Positions 40,185-54,236 of a stretch of DNA of 64,000 nucleotides are shown here, in pieces; within the stretch, counting starts at the first letter, position 1; each line of letters opens with the position of its first letter. The notes under the pieces were generated by a model. That model saw only the letters and a program-made list of their open reading frames with translations. It searched no databases and was not told the DNA's origin. Source of the stretch: Octopus vulgaris. Taxonomy: Eukaryota. The stretch is taken from NCBI GenBank assembly GCA_951406725.2, contig OX597825.1, positions 30,256,001-30,320,000 of the forward strand, written 5' to 3'. The translations under genes and the position numbers were made by a program.

Positions 40185-40606
40185 TCGTGTGTGTGTGAAG
40201 ATGTGGCTATCGAATTGAATCTTTTTAATTAGCTATGTAACTGACGATTATTCTTCTTCTCTTTTGTTGGTCTTTTTATTCTTTTTCTTTTTGTACTTAT
40301 TTTATCTGTAAGTACTGTCCTAATGTAACCATTCTGATTTTTGTAAGCTGTAGTAATATCTACAATATTCGCCAATGGCATTGTTTCCCTGTAGTGAATG
40401 CATTCAGTCAGGTTAACTTTGCAAGTTTATTTTGTACAAAAATAATCACCTTTGGTTATGTGTAGATTTATGCTTCTGAAAGAAAATTTAGCTTACACTA
40501 CAGTAAACTTTTAAAAACAGATTAATTGTATTTTCCTTGAGACTTTTGTAAGTATTGACCCATACCTAATTATTCACCATTAGTAGTAGCAATAATACTA
40601 ATAATG

Positions 40607-40668
<62 letters not shown>

Positions 40669-41772
40669 CATGATGATGATGAGGAGGAGGAGGTGGAGGT
40701 GGAGGATAAATGAATAAATAAATAATAAATTGAAAGTAGTCACAAGAAAATTGAAATTATATGCAGAAAATGTCTGTTATTCTTAAACAATTTAATGATC
40801 TTTGAAATTTCTGATTGAAACAAAAAAAATTTTGAATATATTATTTAAGATATTGCACATTTACACATCTAGAAAACAGATATTGCACTTTAATCTATCA
40901 TTTTATATCATATAAGCCAGAAATGAATCAGTTTTGAGATTTCCCAAAATAAATTTTCTATACAATTAGAAAATGTACGGGTTGGTTCTTTTTACCATTT
41001 TTGTTCTAAATTTAGATATAGAAAAGTGAAAGATTAAGTGCTTGCATTTATAAGCTGTACAAGAGAGAGACTATTCACACACACACATATATATACATAA
41101 ACATATGCATATATACACACTCATGTGTGTGTGTGTGTGTGTGCATGAGTGTGTATGAGTGTGAAAAGATGTGGTTCAGTGGATAGGGTACTCAGTAATA
41201 AAAAAAAGATAGGGTTCAGTGGATAGGGTACTGAAGGCGGCGAGCTGGCAGAAAGGTTAGCACGCCGGGTGAAATGCGTAGCCATATTTCGTCTGCCTTT
41301 ACGTTCTGAGTTCAAATTCCGCTGAGGTCGACTTTGCCTTTCATCCTTTCGGGGTCGATAAATTAAGTACCAGTTACGCACTGGGGTCGTTATAATCGAC
41401 TTAAATCCGTTTGTCTGTCCTTGTTTGTCCCCTCTGTGTTTAGCCCTTTGTGGTTAGTAAAGAAATAGGATAGGTTACTCAGTGCCTGATCTTAAAATCA
41501 TGAGTTCAATTCCTGGCAGTGTTGCATTCTGGAACAAGACACTTTATTTCACACTGCTCCAGTCCACTTCACTCCACTGGCAAAAATTAATTTTACCAGT
41601 TATTCAAAAGGACAGCCTGGTCAGATTCTGTATCACTGAATCTTCCTGAGAACTACATAAAGTGTACATGTGTCTGTCTGTGAAGTACTCAGCCACACAC
41701 AATTGCACATTAATTTCGTAAGTGGGCTGCACTGTTGATCGGATTTGTGGAACATTCATCATTGTAACCGAC

Positions 41773-42435
41773 TATTACATACGTGCGGCATCATTAATCT
41801 TCAAGTGGAGACTGGCAAATCATTTGCGTTCATTTAGAGATAAAAATAAAAGATTCCAAACAAGTCTTAGTAAATTAATCTGGTCTATTAAAGACAAACA
41901 AAAACTATACTAGCAATTGAGAATTAATTTGTACTGAAAAACCATACACACTTGCAACTAAAAAATGTGACATAGGTTTAGAAGAATTTTACCAAATTTT
42001 CACATCTAAGGATAATGTCATAAATTCTGGAAAGGAGCAAGCTTTGAGATGCTTGCACGTGAAGAAATTCACATTTGCCCAGTTTAAATAAATAATAAAC
42101 ACTTAAACAATTGCATGTTTTGAAATAACAGTCTATAAGTGATTACCCAATAAAAACTTGAATTGTAGATAGTTCACATCTAACTTAACAAGCAACTCTA
42201 CATCATACAAGGCAGAGTAGATAAACAAAAAAACGATAAACAGTTAAATTGAAGGATATTAAGTTTGGCCCTGAAGAAACTGCAGAGGTGTTATAGTAGG
42301 GTGGCAGTTGCAGCAGTTATTAATTGGTGCAGTTGAAACACGTGTAGGTCTAAGTAAAGTTGAATTTATATATAAAAATAATTAAAGGTAATGCTAGACC
42401 ACTTTGTAATAATCCTTATTATTATTATTGTTGAT
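41773..42435 (+). mobile_element. Penelope-like element 3' end: GIY-YIG remnant, pLTR hammerhead, tail into (TA)n
   Basis: YYIRAASLIFKWRLANHLRSFRDKNKRFQTSLSKLIWSIKD then KPYTLATKKCDIGLEEFYQI...RCLHVKKF (stop ~42091); hammerhead ~180 nt downstream. Confidence 0.85.
42267..42350 (+). ncRNA. Minimal type I hammerhead ribozyme motif (intact core)
   Basis: GGCC-CTGAAGA-AACTGCA...TGCAGTT-GAAA-C-ACGT-G-TA-GGTC; stems I and II pair; palindromic helix III loop; predicted cut after 42346. Confidence 0.8.
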
Positions 42436-42469
42436 ATATATATATATATATATATATGTATATGTATGT

Positions 42470-42655
42470 GTTTCTCTCTCTTTTTATTTTCTCTCTCTGT
42501 TTATTTCTGTGTTCCTTTTTGTTGAAGAGCATAGGCTCAAAACATAAAAGACTTTCTCACTTCCCGAACGTTAAACTAATACATCTGTTTATTGCTTACA
42601 CATCTGTCTTCATCTTTTGTTTTGTTTGATTTTTTGTAAATTCCAACTACAAATC
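42470..42655 (+). mobile_element. PLE pLTR fragment with decayed hammerhead (42515-42550)
   Basis: CTTT-TTGTTGA-A-GAGC-ATAG-GCTC-AAAA-CA-TA-AAAG; homologous to 12757-13020. Confidence 0.5.
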
Positions 42656-43392
42656 TATGTATGTGTGTAAGTCTGGGGGCAGAGGAAAGATCTAGGGGGA
42701 CATTGAAGGAAAATAAGGTGATAATGGGGTGACCAAAATGGGACAATGGAGGTAAAAAAATAAATAAAGGGTGAATTAAGTTCAGTTTTATTTGTGAAAT
42801 ACTGTTATTTTGAATGTGCTGCAAAAAATGGTCTATGTCTATGATGGTGTGTGTGGTGGGGGCACTAGGAATGTGACCTCAGAACCAAAGGGGCGGCAGC
42901 CTGAAAATGTTTGGGAACCACTAATGCTAGTCTTTATGTCTATGTTTGTTCCCACCACCATCGCTTGATAACTGGTGTTGGTATGTTTACATCCCTGTAA
43001 CTTAGCAGTTCAGTAAAAGAGACTGATAGAATTAATACTAGGCTTTAAAAATAAGTCCTGGTGTCGATTTGTTTGACTAATACCCTTCAAGGTGGTGCTC
43101 CAGCATGGCCACAGTCAAATGACTGAAACAAGTAAAAGAATAAAAGAATATGTAGTACTGTAGTGGTTATCTTAATTTCCCACTATACATACATATATGT
43201 ATTGTAATTTCTGAAATATTTTCTAAAACTATAGGAGTGGCAGTGTGGTAAGTAGCTTGCTTACCAACCATATGGTTCCAGGTTCAGTCCCACTGCGTGG
43301 CACCTTGGGCAAGTGTCTTCTAATGTAGCCTCAGGCCAACCAAAGCCGTGTGAGTGGATTTGGGAGACAGAAACTGAAAGAAGCCCATCATA

Positions 43393-43459
<67 letters not shown>

Positions 43460-43584
43460 TTGAAAAAAACTACCTTTTATCAATTCAATAATGAAAAATT
43501 CAATTATACCATTTAGAAAAATTACATATATTATATTTTGTGAAATTTGATTTAGTATTTCTAAATTTGGAATAATATTCCCTC

Positions 43585-43600
43585 ATATTATTATTATTAA

Positions 43601-43699
<99 letters not shown>

Positions 43700-43760
43700 C
43701 ATTATTATTATTATCCTCATTATTATTATCATTATTATTATTATTGTTTTATTATTATTA
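43585..43760. repeat. (ATT)n microsatellite
   Basis: Seen directly; also (TAA)n at 40596-40668 and (ATT)n at 52732-52940. Confidence 0.95.
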
Positions 43761-44004
43761 TATATATATGTACGTGTGTGTCTGTGTTTATCCCCCCAAC
43801 ATCGCTTGACAACCAATGCTGGTGTGTTTACATCCCCATAACTTAGCGGTTTGGCTAAAGAGACTGATAGAATAAGTACTAGGCTTACAAAGAATAAGTC
43901 CAGGGATCGATTTGCTTTACTAAAGGCAGTGCTCCAGCATGGCCACAGGGAAATGACTGAAACAAGTAAAAGAGAAAAGAGTAAATGTCCATGGAGTTTC
44001 AGTC

Positions 44005-44260
44005 AGCAGGTACCTCCTCTCCAAACTCGGTTATGCTGATGATATTTCTGTTGATAAGTGAATCCTGCCATGACATACAATCCTTTGTTGATCCACTTGC
44101 TAAACATACAGCAGGAGCTGGACTTTCTAGCAATGTATCACAAAATAGAATGCACGACAACTGACAAATTGAATTTGGTCATCAACCTTACAATATATGG
44201 CCAACCAGTAAAACAGGTTTCTGAATTCATCTACCTTGGTTGAAAACTATTCTCAAAAAC
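44005..44260 (+). mobile_element. Old LINE reverse-transcriptase fragment
   Basis: LSKLGYADDI and IYGQPVKQVSEFIYLG (RT domains 5-7), with frameshifts. Confidence 0.7.
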
Positions 44261-44372
44261 GATGGAAAACTAGTTGCTGTACGTTTTGCAAGAAAAGGCT
44301 ATAAATCTTTTGGCTAGGGATTGCAAGGTTCATGATCACTGAAGCTTGAAAGCATGACATGGCATGACACGA

Positions 44373-44407
<35 letters not shown>

Positions 44408-45655
44408 TATTATCAAGCTAAATCTCATTTATGACAAACTTGAATAAATACAAATGTCTTATGAAATAGCGGAGTAAACTCCTCCAATGATCCAAGGAAA
44501 ACAAAATTATGAAGTGAGATAACTATAATTACTCTTGTTGTGTCATATATGGTCTTTAAAATTTCATTGGTTAATTGGGTTCAAGAAATAAATTACCTAA
44601 TAATATTTCAGATTAATTATAAATTACACCACAGGTGATATAATCTACTATGTCAGTGAAAACATACTTAGGGGCAAAATGTCAGGCAAATGAGATAACA
44701 TGAACACCAACAAGTTTATCTCAAAATTCAAATTCTCCTCAGATTCATTACAGATTATGTTACTGGCAATAAAATAATTAACGAATATGTCTTTATTGCT
44801 TTCTGTCTTTACCCTTAGATATAAATGAATGGGTTTTGTAATGATTTATTTGAAGGAAGCAAAGATGGTACTGAACTAAATGACTTAGTATACCTTGGTT
44901 TGGGGGCCTCATTTTTCAAACCGGGGCTCGATACAATGAAGGTTGACTTCCTCCGCCTTTTGAGAATCAATAAAATAATGACTCAATATTATATTGGAAT
45001 GGGAAACAGTATGTAGTTAAAAGCAACCAATAAGCCAAGATAGCAACATGGATCCTTTCTATAGATTATTTCTCTCTCTCTCTCTCTCTCTCTTTCCTCT
45101 CCCCTGTGAATCTTTATTAATGCTACACCAGTGCCTGTCTATGTTACGTCAGTCCCATTCTGCTTTCATTCTGTCATTTTATCTTTATAGTGTGCCATCT
45201 TCAATATTTGTGTTTTTTGTTTTCCTTGTATACATATATACATACATGCGTATGTGCACATATATTTTATAATATATTATTATTAATATCAGGAAATCAA
45301 TATTAGAAAATTCTTCAGAAAGATATATACGTGTGTAAAAACATTTTTGTATTAAAAATATATAAATATATAAAAATATATGTAAATATGTATAAGTATA
45401 TATATATAATGTGTATGAAAATTTAAAAGTTTTGAATTAAGTTTTTAAAGCATTTTATGATTGTTTCACAGAAATGCTGTCCCTATAATAGAATCTTATA
45501 TTGATAAGCATTTATAGACAACACTTCTGCTCTTCAGAGATATAAAATTTGAATTTTGTATAATATATCGAATGTGCATATGTGCATATGTATATACACA
45601 CATGTGAATATATTTTTATATATACATGTAAATATATATCTATACTTATATATAT

Positions 45656-45704
<49 letters not shown>

Positions 45705-45934
45705 AACAATTGCAGCATGGAAGGTGTTTATAAGCCATTTAAGAAACACACAAAAACCATTAGATTCACTTCAACATTTAAATTTCATTTGTCAAAATAT
45801 TTTTGATGCTTTGAGACTGCGACCTGTTCACTGACAAAACCACGTTGAAAGATATTTATGTCTACAGGTAATTTTAACGTCAGATATTTTATTGAGTCAC
45901 CTATTTCTGTTGGCTCGAATTATGTACATACACA

Positions 45935-48270
45935 CAGGATGTGAGAAGTGTTTGAGAATATATCTGCTAATTGAAGGAATTAACTCTAATATAGTAAAAA
46001 TCCAATCAAGATTTGTGCACACATTCACCATCAGCTTTCTTATAATGTTATTCTATGAATTTGACTTCAGATTTCGCTGACTACTTCAATTCAGAATTGC
46101 TGACATGACTTGACTAAAAGACGCTTAATGTCCATTTGTCTTCTTTTCAACAATTCTTCAAACATAATAGTCCATTGGATTTAAATCTGGCAAGTTTGGA
46201 ATCAAGGAATTTGGTGTTACATGATTCTAAAGATTGCCTTCTGTTCTTGAGTTAAGTGGATTTTGCAAGGAGGTGTTGAATCGCGTTGAAGCATATCTGG
46301 CTCTCTTCTGCATTCTTCATTCGTACAGGGTTTAACAAGTGTCTCCCACACTTCACCAGGTTCAGTTGCATTAATTTTAAGATCCTGTGGAAAGAGGAGT
46401 TATGAGGAGGCATTACGTGACCTTCCTTACTCATCATTCCTAAAGCCATTACAGTTGCTACAAACCTATTCTTCAGTCATTTGACTGTGGCCACGCTGGA
46501 GCACCACCTTTAGTTGAGCAAATCAACTCCAGGACTTTTTCTTCGTAAGCGTAGTACTTATTCTATCAGTGTATTTTGCTGAACTGCTAAGTCACAGGGA
46601 TGTAAACACACCAGCATTGGTTGTCAAGTGATGTTGGGGGGACAAACACAAGCACACACACAAACACACACACACACACACATACATACACATACACACA
46701 TATACAATGGGCTTCTTTCAGTTTCTGTCTTCCAAATCCACTCACAAGGCTTTGGTCGGCCCAAGGCTACATTAGAAGACACTTGCCCAAGGTGCCACGC
46801 AGTGGGACCGAACCCAGAACCATGTGGTTTGTAAGCAAGCTACTTACCACAAAGCCACGCCTGCACCTATATATAACTTTTAACTGGCACTTTGTCGGTT
46901 ATGACACCTAGGATTCTTTATTAATCTGATCAACAATAACATCCTTTTTGTGAAATTAACATGCAAGTGGCTGAGCATTCCACAGACACGCGTACCCTTA
47001 ATGTAGTTCTCGGGGAAATTCAGTGGGACTCAGAGTGTGACAAATGTGAGCCTTTTAATTACTGATACAACTCATTTTTCTTTTTGCCAACTGAGTGGAC
47101 TGGAGCAAAGTGAAGTGAGTTAGCCTTCACATATACATACACATAACAGAATACACATGACATGACAGAAGTAAATAGACACCCCATAGACACCCTTATA
47201 ATTGTTAAAATTAAAGCTCCTTCCCCACACAGCCACTCCTGCACCTATGTGCCACTCTTTGCATTCTTCTGTGGATATACTCTTTACTCTTTTACTTGTT
47301 TCAGTCATTTGACTGCGGCCATGCTGGAGCACCGCCTTTTAATCGAGCAAATCGACCCCAGGACTTATTCTTTGTAAGCCTAGTACTTATCCTATCGGTC
47401 TCTTTTGCCGAACCGCTAAGTAACGGGGACGTAAACACACCAGCATAGGTTGTCAAGCGATGTCGGGGACACAGACACACAAACATACACGCACATACAC
47501 ATATATATACATATATACGACGGGCTTCTTTCAGTTTCCGTCTACCAAATCCACTCACAAGTCTTTAGTCGGCCCGAGGCTATAGTAGAAGACACTTGCC
47601 CAAGGTGCCACACAGTGGGACTGAACCCAGAACTGTGTGGTAGGTAAGCAAGCTACTTACCACACAGCCACGTGCACTTAAACATCTGTCATTTCTTCTG
47701 TTAGACTTTTCGTCCTGCTAGAAGAATTTCTCATCTGAGGAAAACTAAAACGACATGTTTACAAAGGATTTCAACCATATTAAGCAGACACTTAGCACAG
47801 ATCAAGCTGTTCTCCAGTGAGTTTGCAGTCATGAACCATCCTCTCATCAGTGTATTTGGCTTGTATCAAATATCCTCATGCATGACTTTTCTGGTAACGA
47901 ACTCCAACACATGAAGTTCTTTGACAACTGCCCACATTGGTTTTGTGGGATCATCATCAATCACGCTTGAAGCACATTGGATGAATTGCCATGTCCTTAT
48001 AGTGTCTGAAAGCTTAGAATGCTTTTTCTCTCTTTGATAAAGTTGAACTGCTCCTACCAGAAGCTTCAATTTCATCTGAATTTTGTGTACAAAAGTTGGT
48101 GCAATATTTAGAAAGTATGCAATTTCTAAATTTCTAAAACATTGTGTTCTGCATGCATGGCGATATTGACTGTATGTTTTTCCTTGCTTGTGTTAGCATT
48201 TCATCAGCCATAGGGAAGAAAAATTTTTTTACTTTTCAATCGATTTGAAGAGAGAAATATACTAACAACT
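45935..48270 (-). mobile_element. Decayed maT/DD37D-like mariner transposon fragmented by SINEs
   Basis: N-terminal KKHSKLSDTIRT...IDDDPTKPMWAVVKELHV...VMHEDI (47866-48075) and catalytic region ALGMMSKEGHVMPPH (46252-46449); boundaries approximate. Confidence 0.6.
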
Positions 48271-48325
48271 ATGTGTCCTCAAATGCCCCTTTTACTCTGA
48301 GTAAATATATATCAGTGTGTGTGTG

Positions 48326-48385
<60 letters not shown>

Positions 48386-48424
48386 AAGAGAGAGATAGAG
48401 AGAGGGAGAGAAAGAGAGAGAGAG

Positions 48425-48461
<37 letters not shown>

Positions 48462-48836
48462 CAGAGTAAAAAGCTACATGGAAAAACGATAAAGGGACAC
48501 ATGGAAAACTGGTAAAAATATAGAAAAGATGTAGATACAGTCATCCCTTTTCATTTATTGAATAAAAACCCTCCTAATTTATTGCCATTGTCAATAAGAT
48601 TGTTAATTTTAGTGGTATCAGTAGCAAAACACTGCTGGGATAAGTAAATTGGTGTAAAATAGAGAATGACACAAGAACATAGAAAACAAGAAGGCAAGGA
48701 TGGTAATACAAACATAAAGAAATAATTAACGATATATGTAGAAGGCTTTTCAGCAACATGATAGAATTAGGACAAGCCATAAACAATGGTAAATGATGTT
48801 GGTATTTGTTATATATACATGTATATATATATATGA

Positions 48837-49000
<164 letters not shown>

Positions 49001-49001
49001 A

Positions 49002-49960
49002 CAGGATCTTGCAGATAGATTGAGACAATTTTTATGATGCATAAAACTGATAATAAATACTAAAATAATGGTAGGAGGCAGATATAATTTTAATGTACCA
49101 TTTATTACAACAAAAACATTTATCACTCAACATGGCCGCCCTTTTGGGCAATTACTGCTTCCAAATGAAAATGAAATTTTTTTGCAGCTACCACAACCTC
49201 CACCTTTTTTGATTTTACACATCCCATGCACAATGCAGGTTTTCAAATTATTGACACTCGAGTGTGGTGAAGCATTGGTCCTTGTTTGAATTATGCCCCA
49301 TAAAAAGTAATCGAGAGGGTTGAGATTTGGGCTATTACTGGGCCAGATGTTGGATCTCACAGAAAAATGGCACCTTCTCACTGAGGAAGGCCTGTGCTGC
49401 TTTTGACCCACGGCATGGTGCAGATCCTGGATAAGCACCACACCATCAAGCCCAAACTTCTGCTCCATCCAAGGTAACAGAGAGTTTTTCAGGATGTCCA
49501 GACACTCCTTTGTGCCAGTCTTCAAGCCAGACTCAAGGAAGTGTGGACCCATGAGACTTCCATCTTTTGTCATGGCTCTAAATACCATCACAGAGGCAGG
49601 ATTCTTCGTCTCAGACACAGTGGGGACATCAGAAGGGTTGTGTGCAATCCCTTGAGAATTTTTGCAATTCACCTCAGCATCCACAGCGAGCTCCTTCTTG
49701 TCCACAGACATGAAAGTTTTTCCTGCACCTTGATGCTTGATGAATGACAGAAGCTTTGGGAATCTCTTGGCTCTGATTGCTTTGGCTTTGCCAGTTAGGA
49801 ACATAGCTACTCATGACAAAGTTCTTGTTTAAAGCTCTGGACACCATGGAAAGGGACACATTGCATTCCTTTGCAAGAATTATCATGGATACGTATGGGT
49901 TGGTTTCAATCGTTTGAGGCCAGCAAGAAACTTTGGATTGCCCTTGGAATCTCTTTGAGT
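49002..49960 (-). mobile_element. Decayed maT/DD37D-like mariner transposase
   Basis: TKNPASVMVF, VLIQD and IWPSNSPNLNPLDYFLWG (D-type third catalytic residue); frameshifts. Confidence 0.85.
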
Positions 49961-50175
49961 CTTGTGTTCTCTTTCATCAAATGCTCCATGTTTCAGATCA
50001 GTTTTATTACCAAATATGATGAATATTATTTTTTAGCATATCAGTGGTAATACTATATAACATTGGAAGCAGAAACAGCTGTTAGATGGGATGCAGTCTA
50101 TTTGTATTGAATTAAAAAATAATTATTGAAGTAAGTTAATTGCTGTTGATCTATATTTTTCCATTTTCTGTTTAC

Positions 50176-50206
<31 letters not shown>

Positions 50207-50632
50207 GTATGTATATATACACACAGACACACACACAGACACACACACGTATATACTGTACATATAATTCCTTATTCTATCACCTCCTGATGTTACAGGT
50301 GTGCCTTTGGGACATGTGTCTTAAGCATTTTATACCTGGTTGGACCTATCTTTTTCTAGGCCTGAGCATAATCAATTTCTTTGATAGAGTAAGAAAGGAG
50401 AGAGTGAAAGAGAGAAAATAATTACTCTGAGTAATACAATCAACCCTGAAATGGTGAAAGACAAAGTTGACTTCAACAAGATTTGAACTCAGTGTGCCAG
50501 AATAAATACTTGGAAGCAATCTGTCCAATACTCCATCCGCTGGTATGTAGATATGTATATATGTAAGTATGTATGAATGTATGTATATACATATATATTT
50601 CTTTACTACCTACAAGGGGCTGTATGTGTGTA

Positions 50633-50688
<56 letters not shown>

Positions 50689-50845
50689 AACAAACACGTG
50701 CAAACATATACATATGTATATATATGTATGTGTGTGTTTGTATAAACACACAAACACACACTTGTATATAAAAGTGTGTGTGAATGTGCATGTATATCTA
50801 AATGTATGTATAAATGTATGTATATGTGTATTCATATATATATAT

Positions 50846-50904
<59 letters not shown>

Positions 50905-51344
50905 TGTAGGTAAGTAAAAAGATATAGATAGATAATAGTTAAATAAACAGCATGATAAAATTATATTGGTTACCAATAAAAGTATACTAATTCTGTGTTC
51001 TTTATTTCTAAGTACAAGGTATGAAGCAATAAAAATAATGCCAAGACATATATTCAGTCAACTAGAGAAAATAATCACTTGAATAAATAAATTTAATACT
51101 TAAAATGGTCCAAATTTTCTTGTAGCTTGTCTACATAAATTTGTTTTTATTTTTCACATCCAAAATAGACACTAATAATTGTGTCAAACAGGCAGGCCTT
51201 TAATTGGTTCTCTTAGTTTGCTAGAAATAACAGCCAGATCTCTCAGATCGTACTTTAGAATCTTTAAAATAAATGCAGGAATTATTGAATAGTGTTGTCT
51301 TTCATGTGATATGTCTGGAAATATCATTGGATCATTGTGACTAT

Positions 51345-51690
51345 AATGCATTTGATAGTAGCACTGAATCATAAAATCCCATAGGATCTTTGCATTTCTA
51401 TTTTTGACGATGCCTTCAGGTTTGTGTTCGTACCAATTTTTTGCTCTGTCAAGTCCATACTTGTGGCAGAGTGTCCAATGGACAAGCCTGGCTATATTGT
51501 CGTGGCATCTTTTATATTCTTTCTGGGCTAGTGGAGTACATTGGCTGGAAATATGCCATACGGTTTCACTGTTTTGTCCACAGATTCTGCACTTATCACT
51601 TTCTGCTGTTTTGCCTAATCTGTATCTTATGTAGTTTGTTCTTAGTGCTTGCTCTTGGGCAGCACAGATTAGAGCCTCCATTTTCAGTTT
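51345..51690 (-). mobile_element. R4/Dong-clade non-LTR fragment (CCHC knuckle and start of RLE endonuclease)
   Basis: ICAAQEQALRTN, CRICGQNSETVWHISSQC, YKRCHDNIA and KILWDF. Confidence 0.9.
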
Positions 51691-51748
51691 TGTTGCTGTT
51701 GTTGTTTTATTATTATTATTGTTATTATTATCATCATTATTATTATTA

Positions 51749-51780
<32 letters not shown>

Positions 51781-52318
51781 GAGTGAGAGAGCAGTTCATG
51801 CCATCAAAGTGACACTGGGGTAAAATATACGAAGCCCAATATACCCATCATGACTACCCGTCTGATAAGGGTACACCAGGCACATGCATCACAACCATAT
51901 GTGCATGACATGGTGATCTCATATCAAGATAAACAGCACATGACCTTGCAGGTGGGGCCCAGTTAGAATTTTCTTCTGGTCGAGTAGCCCATCCCGCTCA
52001 AAAGGTCCCTGAATAAGGGTTGTTTAAGGATGTTGAAAGAACCACCCATGTTTCCAGAGGTGAATTATTCAAACCCCAAAGAATCCCTCTCAACACATGG
52101 CTATGATGCTCCCCCACTACTTCTGCTCGTGATCAGAGATGCACATATCGTCAGCCACTAAGGGACATGCTCAACTGGTTAAGGTCAAACAACTGACAAG
52201 CAAATCTGTGGTATTGAGCAGAATATTTGCTGTAGCCCATCTTTTATACCAAGACAAAACAATGTACATGATGACACTTCCAATCAGTTAAGATCAGAAG
52301 CCATGAGAGCCACTACCT
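51781..52318 (-). mobile_element. Non-coding ~540-bp element embedded in (TAA)n, probably Dong-dependent
   Basis: Sharp borders with (TTA)n on both sides; lies between two R4/Dong fragments; no ORF. Confidence 0.5.
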
Positions 52319-52344
52319 TATTATTATTATTATTATTATTATTA

Positions 52345-52715
52345 TTTTCTCTTTATCACAGCTTTTCTTGGTGCTCCTGAAGTCTTCCGCTCATAGCAAG
52401 CTTACTACCTGCAGCCTACAGTACTATGATATTCGTTCTTTTCAGCTATTTGATACTTTGCTATTTATTCAGGCCATATCAAGCAATAAAACCTTTGATA
52501 ACAGTTCCACTGGGCACTCTATACAAATTTCCTTTATATTCCACTTGACGCCTTCTGATGCTATTCCCAAGGAACCAACAATAATTGGCACTATCCTCAC
52601 CTTCTTCATTCTCCATAGCCAAGTTATTTCGTACTTAAAGGGGTTGTACTTATATTTATTTTTGCCTTTCTTCTTGAGTATTCATGCATCAAAGGGTCAT
52701 GTAACATCAACTATA
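52345..52715 (-). mobile_element. R4/Dong 3' end (RLE endonuclease C-terminus, 3' UTR, (TAA)n tail)
   Basis: Minus strand IVDVT*PFD...KYNPFKYEITWLWRMKKVRIVPIIVGSLG; flanked by (TAA)n. Confidence 0.8.
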
Positions 52716-52739
52716 TAGCATATGTGGTGCACATTATTA

Positions 52740-52801
<62 letters not shown>

Positions 52802-52833
52802 ATTATTATTATTACTTTTACTATTATTATTGC

Positions 52834-52887
<54 letters not shown>

Positions 52888-52901
52888 TACTTTTATTATT
52901 G

Positions 52902-52938
<37 letters not shown>

Positions 52939-53704
52939 CATATATTAAATTGTTTTTATTTATATATATTTATGCCTATCTGTATATATTATGTGCCTAC
53001 TTGTATAAACATATATGTGTATGGGAAGTAAAACATGACAAAAAACAAAAACAGGTAAGGAAGAACAAGTTTTTCTGAACAACTAAATCCCTCCTAAGGA
53101 AGATAATGAAGAAAATGTAGAAGATTATGAAAAAAGGGGGTCAACATTCCTCGAAAGTCACACAAATATTTAATGGACAAAATTATGCATCTATGGAGGC
53201 ATAGACTTTCTGAAGAATTTTTAGATGAGAGGAATTGTTAGGAATTGTTGAATATAAACAACATGCAAAATATAGATTGCTTATAGAATTAAAATAAGGA
53301 TGTTATTTTGAATTTGAAAAAGAATATCCTCAAAATGTTGGTGCTTTTCAACATCAAATACCACCCATCAAAACAGTTACAGGTTCATTTTAATTACACA
53401 CAAATGCAGTTTGAGAAGGGATCAAAGAAAAACAAGCATGAAAGACACTACAACACTACTCAACCTCACCAGGAAACCTTTCATGTCTCATTTCTTCAAA
53501 TTATATCTCATTTCAATTATTGTACACTTGCTTCACTGCATATATCTTATATTTTTTATGCTTCTCTGCATGGAGTGGCTGTGTGGTAAATAGCTTGCTT
53601 ACCAACCACATGGTCCCACTGCGTGGCACCTTGGGCAAGTGTCTTCTACTATAGCCTCGAGCCAACCAAAGCCTTGTGAGTGACAGAAACTGAAAAACCT
53701 GTCG

Positions 53705-53756
<52 letters not shown>

Positions 53757-53789
53757 TAGTGTGTGAGAAAGTGCCAATCCCTAGCAGTT

Positions 53790-54188
53790 GGGAACCCGTT
53801 GGGACGAGGTGGTGAAGCCAAATAGAGTCAGTCCACCTGTGCATACCTTCCTTCTTGTGACATTGTAAGACCTGTTGAGGCAAGTGAGAATCGATGTATC
53901 GAACCAAATCAAAATAGATGAACATCAATGGAATTTGTATCCGGGAAGTGCCGGTGGCACATAAGAAACCATCGAACGTGACCGTAGCCAGTACCGCAAT
54001 GACTGGCCTCCGTGCTAAGCCTCGTCTGGCACCTGTCGGTGACACATGAAAACACCATCCGGCGTGGCCGTCTGCCAGCCTCGTGAACAAAAACACCATC
54101 CGAAGCCTGTCTGTATATATCCAGCTGCATACTGGCCTGGTGCATATTGAACCGTATGCTATGGATTAAACGATGATGATGATGATGA

Positions 54189-54190
<2 letters not shown>
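53790..54190 (+). mobile_element. Deletion-riddled RTE 3' end nested in a family-A SINE (53570-53705 and 54250-54470)
   Basis: WDEVVK codons, then collinear blocks of the 13024-14518 unit and a (GAT)n tail. Confidence 0.75.
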
Positions 54191-54236
<46 letters not shown>

